A stretch of DNA of 64,000 nucleotides from Lingula anatina (taxonomy: Eukaryota; Animalia; Brachiopoda), in the NCBI GenBank assembly GCA_051362555.1, contig CM120641.1:7564001-7628000 (forward strand), written 5' to 3'. Position numbers and translations under genes: made by a program. Shown one piece after another: positions 53,701-61,752 of the stretch. The notes beneath the pieces are model-generated. The model saw nothing but the letters and a program-made list of their open reading frames with translations, did no database searches and was not told the DNA's origin. Position 1 is the first letter of the stretch; each line of letters starts with the position of its first letter.

Positions 53701-55520
53701 AATTAATAAAAGATTAGGGGATAGTTTGGTCAAGCAATGAATGTGCCTTTTCTTACAGTATTCCACCAAATTTGAAGTCTTTGGTCTATTGCAATGCCAT
53801 TAAGAAAGGTACTTCCCAGATGTGGGACTGGACATATGAAAGATACAAGAAGGCCAATGTGGCATCAGAACAAGTCAAGCTGCTGTATGGACTGTCATGT
53901 AGTTCTCAAACTTGGATTCTTAGCAGGTGAATGTCTCTGTTGGTATAAATTGCTAATTTGTGCTTAAGATGTACTACATGTTGTTTGTTATATTGGAAGT
54001 GTGTAAATAGCAGTGGACCAATTTGTTTTTAGGATTTCAAAACTTTAATTATTAATTATAGTTGTTTGGATGAGAATAGATAAGATGATATATGTTTGTC
54101 ACATTCATCAGATATCTGGAGTATGCCATAACTTCAAGTGAGATTCGTAAACAAGATGGCACCTCAGTGATTGTGTATGTTGCAAGGAACCATATTGGAA
54201 GAGGTCTTGCCTGGGACTTCATTAGGTCTAAATGGAACTTTTTAATGAATGAGTAAGTAAATCTCTGATATGGGTGTAATATTGGAATAAACTGCATGTT
54301 TGTTGCATTGGAAGCTTATAAGTCACCTTCAGATACATGTAGATATTTGTTTATTATCTGAAAAATGTAGTTTTTATTTTTTTTCATTTAATTTGAAGAT
54401 TGGTGCTCACCTGTTTTGTAATTTAATTTAGGTGATTACAATTATTTGTGCTATGTTTGATATGGTGATGTTTGGTGTAGTTTTTGTTTGTTTTATTTTA
54501 TTTGCAAAAGTTATCACTATATATATGTATGTTCAAAATATATACATATATGTAAATCATTATTATTTGATACAAACTGGATAATTTTTTCTCACCGTAC
54601 TACCTAGTAAATAAGCTAGTGTTCAACCTGAAGGCTTTCATTAGACTGATGTGAGTTGATGCCATGGAAGATAGGATTGAAAAGCATTCAATATCATTTT
54701 CGATCTACTCAAGTACATGACATTTACAACAGGGTCCTGGCTGTTGTACCACCTTACGGTCAGTGAGAAGCAACATCTACTTATGTCAACCTGATGAAGA
54801 CATTTGACCAGGTTGGCTGCAATTAAGTTTTGTACTGTGAGGAAAAATTGTGTCAGATAATTATGATTTATATTTAAATGGCAATCTAGTGAACTTTTTT
54901 GCTCACATACATATATAATCTAAGTGTTGTTATAAAAAGTTAATAACTTCTTCATTACAGTTATGGTGGTGGAAGTTTCTCTTTCTCCAGTATCATCAGA
55001 GGAGTTACCACTCACTTCAACACACAGTTTGAACTAGATAAAGTAAGCAGTTTGCCTTTGGGATTACTTCTTAAATATTTATATGCCAACATAAACAGAT
55101 GTAGTAAAGGAAATAAGAAGAAATTTGAATTGTTAAACAAATATTAAGCCACTGAAGTTTTAGAAAAATCATTGTAGTTTTATTCGTACCATATGTAGAT
55201 GGTTGATTATTGGGATCACAGTTGTGATATATAGTAGAGTGATTAAAATAAATAAATTTCATTATTGAAAAATTTGATTATACTTGATTTTTAGTTGAAT
55301 GAATTCATATCCAGCCGTGACAATCTAGGATCAGGTCAGCGTGCCTTTGAGCAAGCTGTGGAGAAGACACAGGCAAATATCAAGTGGATGCAAGCCAATG
55401 AAAAGAAACTGGGAGAATGGCTGGCAGCAAATGTAGAGTAAGTTGGCTCAGAAATCATCATTTTGGATGGTATATTTGGATGATATATTGGATGATATAT
55501 TTGGGGATATATTGGATGAC

Positions 55521-55568
<48 letters not shown>

Positions 55569-58500
55569 TATTATGTATTTGCTTCATGTTTTTTTTTATT
55601 GAGTGATGTTCAAGACATGCTCCACCTATTATCTTATTATTGTTTGACAAGAAGTAATTACTTTTGCTATGTAATTAATAGTAATGCTTTTATATTGAAT
55701 ATTCATGTCAAGTTATGTACAATAACAGCTGTTTGAAAAACTATAATGGTAATGTTCAGAGTGAACATTCATTTACAGTGAATAGTGCTTCAGAATTTCA
55801 AAAACACCTGACTGTGACATTTCATTTTTTTAGCCCCACAGATACAATAACCAAGCCCTCTGATGTCCGCCTACCCACCACCATGTTACCTAACTACTAC
55901 AAGTTGTGGCTACGACCTGACATCTATGGCAGTGACCCTGAGACCTTCACCTTTGATGGTGTGGTGGAGATAACCATGCTTTGTAATGAAACCACTAAAG
56001 TCATCAAAGTTCACACTAATAAACTAACCATCAATAGTGTGGAGTTGATGGAAACGGCTAACAATGCTAGTGTGGGTGGAATTACAAGAAGTGAAGACAA
56101 ATCAAGACAGTTTTTGGTGATTAATGCACCAGAAAATTTTGTGGTTGGGAAAAACTACACTCTAAAGATAAACTTCACTGGGCCTTTGAAAGATGACTTA
56201 GCAGGACTGTACAGGAGTCAATATTTCAGCTCCACCAGAAATGAGACTATGTAAGTATGCAATATCCCAAATTATATTTCTTAAATGAGTAAATTTATTG
56301 TTTATCATTTATAAATTAAATGCCAAAATTATAATGAAAAAGATAGATTGTACATAACTGAGTCCAAAATTGTAGAATTTGCAAAAATTTTGTTATGTGC
56401 ACTTTCGTTTCTTAAATACCAGTAAATATAAACTTTGTCACTTCAAAGTTTACGACTTCACTTCAAAGTTTACGTGATTTAACCCAGTCACAGATGGTAA
56501 TTTAAGCCTGCATTAATTCCCTTAATAAAAAATAATTTATCTTATAGCAATAAAAATTTATGTGGTTTTAAGGAGATTGTGTAACCATTTTTAGATATTA
56601 TTTTCTGTGTTCTCTTCAGCCACATTGCCACCACCCAGATGCAGCCCACAGATGCCAGAAAAGCTTTCCCCTGCTTTGATGAACCTGCATTTAAAGCTGT
56701 CTTTGAAGTGACATTGTGGAGAAAAGAACCCATGATTTCCCTGTCCAATATGCCTATCAGAAGTACTACAACACAGTAAGGATTTGGTTTGTAAAAGATT
56801 TACCAATTGTTTTAAATGTGGAGACATTCCTCTTTTGATTTCTTCTAACAGAAGGAAGTGCACAAATCAGAAGAGATGAAGTAACAAGTTCTTGTAAAAA
56901 ATTTGTAAGTTTGAAAGGAGTTTTTTAAGAAGCAGTTTTTTTAACACATGATATTACATTCCATTAATGAAAAAGACAAACACCAATATGCCTGAAGTAA
57001 AGCAGTGACTTGGTATACGTAGTTAGTGTATATAAACCGAGATGCTACAACATGTTGAGTATATTTTACAGAGATGACTGGAAGCTGGACCACTACTTCC
57101 CCACTGTGAAGATGCCTACCTACCTGCTGGCCTTCATTATCTGTGATTTTGTTTATGTTGAGAGAAACACAACAAGGAACACAGCTGTAATTCAATATAT
57201 ATTTTATGCAGTCATACTTTTACCTTGGTACACTTAATTGTTTCATTAGAGTTTGAATAGTAATAAGCAGTTTGTCACCAGAGATCACACAGCTATTGCT
57301 TACTTGCTTAAAATTTTCTAAGAGGTTTTTGGACAGATTAGAGCAGTTTTTTAACATTTTAAAATAATTTGTTTCACTGGCAATTTATTAAGGATTTTCC
57401 AGTGAAAAACAGACCCACTGAGACATGCATTTGAATTTTTTGTTTTTTGCCTTTAATGTTTGTATTCAAAAAGGATACCTTGGTAATGATTTCAAAACAA
57501 AATGAAACAAATTTAAGAAGAACTTTTAACTTGTTTTTCCTGTCGCCTGTAGGTCAGAGTTTGGGCACGACGAGAAGCCGAGGACCAGACAGCTTATGCT
57601 CTGAATGCTGGAGTTAATATTCTGGAACACTTTGAAAACTACTATAACATAAGTTTCCCTCTTCCAAAACAAGGTGAGGTTTCATAAAATTACACCTGTC
57701 ATAATTGTTTATCAGTAAATGACTACTTTATTCCATAAGGTGTAAAACTTGGTATCCTGGACATTTATTTATAATTATAAAAAACATCCAAGTAAAACAA
57801 TCCAAGACTTCGCAACTGCATGGAGTCCTGGAGAACTGAAATCTGATTACTAACACGGCAACTGCTCTGCTATATGATCCCAAGGTGTCATCTGCTGGTA
57901 GTAAACATTGAACATTTTGAATTGTTTATTTAGACATGATAGCCATCCCAGACTTTGCTGCTGGAGCCATGGAAAACTGGGGTCTGATTACTTACAGGGA
58001 GACAGCTCTTCTCTATGATCCTAAAGTGTCGTCTGCTAGTAATAAACAGAGAGTGGCAGTGGTTGTGTCACATGAACTGGCCCATCAGGTGGGTAGATTA
58101 CAGATGAAATTTTAAACTGAAAATGTGCAAAATACCTCAAATACCTATGCATTAATTGAAAGAAAAATGATGGTTGGTCACAATTTTCCATTACAATATT
58201 AATTCATTAAAAAAAATCCTTCAGTATTGAGGTTACGTGTAAATTCAACTCATCCTATGATGTGTGATATGCCTTCCAGTGGTTTGGTAACCTTGTGTCT
58301 CCACTGTGGTGGGATGACCTTTGGCTTAATGAAGGATTTGCCAGCTATGTGGAATACCTGGGGGTGGACTTCATTGAATCTTCATGGAAAATGGTAATGA
58401 TATTTGAAATATATGAGATGTGAAGCTATTGGATATTCAAATTTCTGAAAAAGAGTACCTTGAAGGTTACCATAAGGAAAAAATTGTGTATTTAGTGATT

Positions 58501-60526
58501 TAGAAACCAAGTTTTTTAACATTTTTTCATAACATGCCCAAATGGGGAAAATGTTCTGGTGATCCAGAGAGCATGTAAAAAGAAATATGCCTCTGTCTTT
58601 AAGAAACATTTTGAAATAAAAAATGATAGTTGCATATAACATAATGACTTTTTTAAATAGATGGAACAGTTTTTAGTCGAAGATCTTGAGGATGTGTTCA
58701 AATTGGATGGCCTGGCCAACTCTCACCCCATCTATGTTCCTGTGGGACATCCTGATGAGATCAATGAGATATTTGACAGGATCTCTTATGCTAAGGTATT
58801 GTTCCTTTGAATGTTATATTGAAAATCAATTGTTAGTTAAGAGGTGTATAATGAAGGCTGACAAATGTTTCTTTCATCCTTGAAAACATTTCTCTAAGTA
58901 TTTAGAAATATGATTGTCTCTTACAAAATAGCTTATTATCACTTCTTATATTTCAGGGAGCATCAATTATACGCATGATGAACAACTTTTTGACTGAGGA
59001 TGTGTTTAGAAGAGGCCTTACAGTATGTGTTTTCTTAATAAAATGTTTTTAAGTTAGGAATATACATATATAATTAAGTAGCCTTGTGAGCATAATTATT
59101 TAAATAACATTTAACTGTAAGTTTGGGTATTTAAATTCTTTTTTTAATACTGGAACTTTGAAATTGTGAACTACCTCATAAATATAGCATTTATTGCACA
59201 CATGTAGTTTGCAAAATTGAATTTTTCTTACCCAACAAGATTCGATAAATAATGCAATTATTTTTTCTCTTAAACAGCGTTACCTTAACAGGCATGCCTA
59301 TGATGTTGCCACACGTGATGATTTATGGGCTGCCCTCAGTGAGGTAAATTACTATCTAGCAGGCTGGCAGCAACTGAAGCTAGAGTTATGGGCATTTATG
59401 TCCTGTTTCTGTAAATTATTTCCTTTATTTATTTTGTAAGGTGTAAGAAGCATATTTATTTGTATTTATGGCTCAGTGCAAGACATGTTTTGATCTTCCC
59501 TATGATGTTGACATCTTTTGACAAAAAATAAGTAAAATGCAGTATCTGTGCTTCATAGAATTCAAAGAACCACAATTATAAGAGTGTAATTATTGATAGA
59601 GCAAATTATATTTTAATTTGAAAAAATTTAATTTATGCTTGTATTTTCTCAGCAAACCCGAGAAGATGGACACCCGGTGGATGTGAAGACAATAATGGAC
59701 ACTTGGACACTCCAGATGGGTTACCCAGTGGTCAAGATAAACAGAACCTACAGTGAACAACCATCAACTGTATCACAGTCTCATTTTCTCATAGATCCAA
59801 CTGTAGAACCAAATCCTAAATATCCTTCACCTTTTAAGTAAGTTAGAATTTATGCAGAAGATCTTTATTTCAAGTTGAAAAATACATTTAAACATAGTGA
59901 TTTAAATTTCAGGTCTTATTTCATAGTTTTGGGGGCTTTGTTAAAGGTCATTTCAAGATCCATGTTAAAACTTTATTCTCAATATTGATAATTTTTTTCA
60001 GTTACAAATGGGAGATACCTTTAACTCTCACCACAAGTAATTCTCCAATGTGGAATGGCACCATAAGATGGATGAATAAAACTAATAGTAAGGAGTGCAT
60101 TTATAACAAAAACTTATTTTTACCTGTTACACATTTTGCAGAATAATAAGGATTTAAAGTCTAATTTTATGTATAGCTTAGTGGTGGATATTAAAATCCT
60201 CCTTTTTTCTTAGAATTTACCACCATTTTCATTAGAGTACACTATCAATTGTCATTTATACAGCAGGGGGTTTCTTGTACATTTTTGATTGCAATCCTTC
60301 CACTTTGTTTCATTTTCATATTCATTGGCATTAACAAAGGTGCTTAGAACCATGTTCATGCTTGTGCTTTTATGTTTTAACAGTTAGTCTTAATACAACT
60401 GACTTGAATAATGTTGGAGATGATGGTTGGGTGATTGGCAATCTTCAGCAGTATGGCTACTACAGAGTCAACTATGACAGGAAGAATTGGGACAACGTCC
60501 TCAATCAACTGAACACTAATCACAGG
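12269..60526 (+). CDS. ANPEP: Multi-module aminopeptidase N-like (M1 zinc metallopeptidase) type II membrane protein with at least 4 tandem M1 modules; at least 3,421 aa in this window, 3' incomplete
   Basis: A single TM exon followed by four repeats of the same 20-exon M1 series (the fourth truncated after 12 exons). Each has [38 protein letters not shown]...WLNEGFA and the catalytic Tyr in ISY.KGAS. Inter-module introns are GT-AG, phase 2 at both ends. The QMQ and YGGGSFSF signatures point to APN rather than APA or ERAP. Confidence 0.85.
14152..14465. mobile_element. Foldback MITE with roughly 135-bp imperfect inverted arms, TA-flanked
   Basis: ggggagaattcacattgagaagagccgag...cgcgtcgtccct pairs with agggacgacgcg...ctcggctcttctcgatgtgaatgctccc; TA on both sides. 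Confidence 0.85.
14645..14919. mobile_element. hAT-like MITE (CAGTGGCGGA-type ends, poly-C and poly-G tracts)
   Basis: cattggtggatcc ... aaatccgccactg; flanks tttgt / gttgt. Confidence 0.65.
14960..15350 (+). mobile_element. 5'-truncated LINE remnant (ORF2 C-terminus)
   Basis: [15 protein letters not shown]...REGRLCICG...EEH...C is the typical C-terminal zinc-knuckle-like motif of non-LTR ORF2 proteins. Confidence 0.75.
16762..17033. repeat. Tandem repeat, about 3 x 92 bp
   Basis: The unit ccttttaggtca.tgtggcatt...gataattcatcaata starts at 16762, 16854 and 16946. Confidence 0.9.
18085..18166. repeat. (TTTA)n microsatellite
   Basis: Direct observation. Confidence 0.9.
19656..19823. mobile_element. 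hAT-like MITE with apparent 5-bp TSD (TGGTA)
   Basis: tggta|CAGGGGCGGA...TCCGCCCCTG|tggta. Confidence 0.75.
19966..20556. mobile_element. Possible degraded TIR element
   Basis: 12-bp inverted ends cattcccagacc / ggtctgggaatg around a GC-richer interior; no clear TSD. Confidence 0.35.
20769..33350 (+). CDS. ANPEP: M1 module 1; exons 20769-21246, 21610-21765, 22145-22262, 24015-24135, 24754-24908, 25460-25573, 25839-25973, 26653-26718, 26985-27050, 27385-27563, 27985-28073, 28794-28939, 29062-29117, 29360-29516, 29760-29833, 30106-30225, 30675-30842, 31323-31463, [32399-32477 or 32565-32646], 33208-33350
   Basis: All exons are GT-AG and phase-compatible. GAMEN/HELAH exon at 24754, third Zn ligand (NEGFA) exon at 25460, ERAP1_C-type exons downstream. 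Confidence 0.93.
22627..23028. repeat. Tandem duplication, 2 x about 195-200 bp, intronic
   Basis: aatttacttattcattttaattggtcaaag...gcagcaaacaaaacaagagaatg occurs from 22627 and again from 22821. Confidence 0.9.
32067..32238. mobile_element. Degraded MITE, same family as 32865-33017
   Basis: ttcagaacagcagactaacagatcc ... ggatctgttagtcactgttctgaa inverted ends; shares the internal aatatgg(g)tgacccact segment with the 32865 element. Confidence 0.6.
32399..32477 (+). CDS. ANPEP: Module 1 alternative exon A: (E)[26 protein letters not shown]
   Basis: 79 nt, phase 2 to phase 0, preceded by two perfect TACTAAC branch sites (32362, 32372), GTAAG donor. Confidence 0.85.
32565..32646 (+). CDS. ANPEP: Module 1 alternative exon B: (E)[27 protein letters not shown]
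   Basis: 82 nt, phase 2 to phase 0, TAG acceptor, GTAAG donor, paralogous to exon A. Confidence 0.85.
32865..33017. mobile_element. MITE with about 27-bp TIRs
   Basis: cagtggctgcattcagaacagtggact ... agtccactgttctgaatgcggccagtg. Confidence 0.75.
33711..43122 (+). CDS. ANPEP: M1 module 2 (903 codons); exons 33711-34127, 34421-34576, 34931-35048, 35495-35615, 35913-36067, 36454-36567, 36849-36983, 37193-37258, 37557-37622, 38099-38283, 38519-38613, 38980-39122, 39313-39368, 39637-39793, 40314-40387, 41319-41438, 41694-41861, 42241-42381, 42631-42709, 42980-43122
   Basis: Same exon series as module 1. It begins at a strong acceptor (long pyrimidine tract, CAG 33708-33710) with no start codon, signal peptide or TM helix of its own. 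Catalytic motifs intact. Confidence 0.93.
35820..35880 (+). pseudogene. Decayed duplicate of the GAMEN exon upstream of the functional exon (module 2)
   Basis: tctgactttatttctggagtcttgtcaaactggggtctgattgatatcgtgaagacagct aligns to ccagactttgctgctggagccatggaaaactggggtctgatcacttacagggagacggct. Confidence 0.6.
37815..38069. mobile_element. hAT-like MITE, 14-bp perfect TIR, apparent 5-bp TSD (CTATA)
   Basis: ctata|CAGGGCCGTAGCCT...AGGCTACGGCCCTG|ctata. Confidence 0.85.
40535..41149. mobile_element. Young non-autonomous DNA transposon (615 bp), 77-bp perfect TIRs, 8-bp TSD CCCTTAGT (hAT- or P-type)
   Basis: TIRs at 40535-40611 and 41073-41149; TSD at 40527-40534 and 41150-41157. Confidence 0.93.
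43410..43451. repeat. (CA)n microsatellite in the module 2-3 linker intron
   Basis: Direct observation. Confidence 0.95.
43504..55437 (+). CDS. ANPEP: M1 module 3 (903 codons); exons 43504-43920, 44290-44445, 44742-44856, 48790-48910, 49171-49325, 49517-49630, 49904-50038, 50200-50265, 50521-50586, 50896-51080, 51249-51334, 51632-51774, 51989-52044, 52317-52473, 52916-52998, 53155-53274, 53759-53926, 54112-54252, 54961-55042, 55295-55437
   Basis: Same exon series with intact motifs ([25 protein letters not shown]); loop exon reads [12 protein letters not shown]. Confidence 0.93.
45100..45890. repeat. Satellite-like array of 161-162-bp monomers (4 well conserved plus 1 diverged) inside the HINE
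   Basis: The unit accgtaaacac.ataagtg.aaaac starts at 45100, 45261, 45423 and 45585. Confidence 0.92.
47716..47787. repeat. (TA)n microsatellite
   Basis: Direct observation. Confidence 0.95.
47835..48020 (+). mobile_element. Short HINE of a second family nested in the large HINE
   Basis: 13-bp subterminal IR acctctgccaagg / ccttggcagaggt, 3' hairpin gcactc-tcg-gagcgc, ends ctagtt. Confidence 0.8.
49037..49144 (+). pseudogene. Decayed duplicate of the GAMEN exon (module 3)
   Basis: atccaagacttcgcaactgcatggagtcttggagaactgaaatctgattactaacacggcaactgctctgctatatgatcccaaggtgtcatctgctggtagtaaaca aligns with the adjacent exon 49171-49325, with indels and a TGA in place of TGG. Confidence 0.75.
53464..53700. 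mobile_element. Degraded non-autonomous element with two internal inverted-repeat pairs
   Basis: agttacaac / gttgtaact and accatagctggcacttcgaacaatagg / cctattgtttgaagtgccagttgtggt. Confidence 0.5.
55525..55564. repeat. (TA)n microsatellite preceded by short ttggatgatata repeats, module 3-4 linker intron
   Basis: Direct observation. Confidence 0.9.
55834..60526 (+). CDS. ANPEP: M1 module 4, first 12 exons: 55834-56250, 56620-56775, 57072-57186, 57553-57673, 57934-58088, 58280-58393, 58661-58795, 58957-59022, 59278-59343, 59653-59837, 60002-60087, 60384-60526; presumably continues beyond the window
   Basis: Near-identical to module 3 in exons and most introns, with intact motifs. The following intron contains a TIR element and a LINE that reach the window edge. 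Confidence 0.9.
57800..57907 (+). pseudogene. Decayed duplicate of the GAMEN exon (module 4)
   Basis: Copy of 49037-49144. Confidence 0.75.
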
Positions 60527-60587
60527 GTAAGAGATATTCATGACATGGAAAAAATTAGACTGTATTCAGATTTATTACTGTTATTTA

Positions 60588-61752
60588 CGGTAATGTGCCA
60601 AGCATTTCGACGTCCCCAGTCAATCCGACCAAAAAAATTATATTATAAAATTAATTTTTCTGGGCTCAAACATTTAGTCCATACGTCAAAATCATGCGAC
60701 AGAATTTTTTTCTTGTTCCGATTGTTCGACCACATCGTCGGCAAGACTCGGTAAATTTTCAAGCCAGTCATATAGATGCTGCATGCCGGGCACTTTGTCA
60801 ATTGTTGTCCTTTCAATAGCTCTCGTCAATGAGGAAGAAACTATTAATTGAAGATCTAATCTGGAAGCATGACGTACCTGTCATTTCCTTTGTCCCCGAT
60901 GACAAAATAGTGTTATAGACATATAATTTGTGCTAATTAAGCAGACTTGATTCATCACGCCCGTGACTGGGGAAGGGGGGGGGGTAAAAAAAAGGTCCAT
61001 TCTGGATGAAACCAAATATCAACAGTGGGTAGAATACGTCGTAAACACCTTCATATAGACCATATATATATAGCGTTTGCTAGCAATAAAAAGTTTGGGA
61101 AGAATAAGCAATTTATTTTCAAGTTTGATTGAAATATATATGCAGATGGGGAAACGTTCTTGAAGTCAACAACGCAAGATCTTACATTTACTACAATCGA
61201 CCGAAAGATCAGCGGGATCGACCGCCCAGACTTCTTGGCGCCAAATACCACGCGCTGTCAAAATCTGACGAACACGTGTAGCTGTTCACCTACATGGTTA
61301 ACTGATTTGTCAACAATAAAAATGACGTCTTCCTTAACTCCATGAGAGCTTCACTGGATATTTACGTTACCTGTGAGTCACTTTTTATTTCCCCAGTTGC
61401 ATGAAATGTTGATGATATTTAGCGTAATCCACGAAGAACTCCATTCCTGTGACCCCCCTCCCCCAAAATGGGACCGTCTTCATTAACATGTGGTTTGCGC
61501 TATGCTGGACCAGACCAGATAAGACCAGTCTTATTTCTGCATGTGCTCAGTTCTCGCGTCAAATTATAAATGCACTTGTTTTGTGAAAATTATGGCAATT
61601 AAATGCTTATTTTACGTTCGGGTTGTATCAGTGGGGTTTTCAATATGCACCGTGGTTTGTGCACAGCGAGAGTATATAAGTAAGAAAATCGGAAGAGTGC
61701 CAGCAAGATAGGTCTACTGTATGTCTATCGGCACAGGTAGGCTCCGTATTTT
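60588..61752. mobile_element. Copy 2 of the TA-flanked TIR element (same orientation as 4701-6585), interrupted by a LINE
   Basis: TA|CGGTAATGTGCCAAGCATTTCGA..., colinear with 4701-~5874 until aggctccgtatttt, where the LINE tail begins. Confidence 0.9.

Noticed and set aside
33351-55833. Reading the array as four independent APN genes
   Set aside because: Spacers are under 400 bp with no start, TM or signal exon. Module 2-4 first exons need a phase-2 upstream donor, which matches the previous module's last exon but not exon 1 (phase 1).
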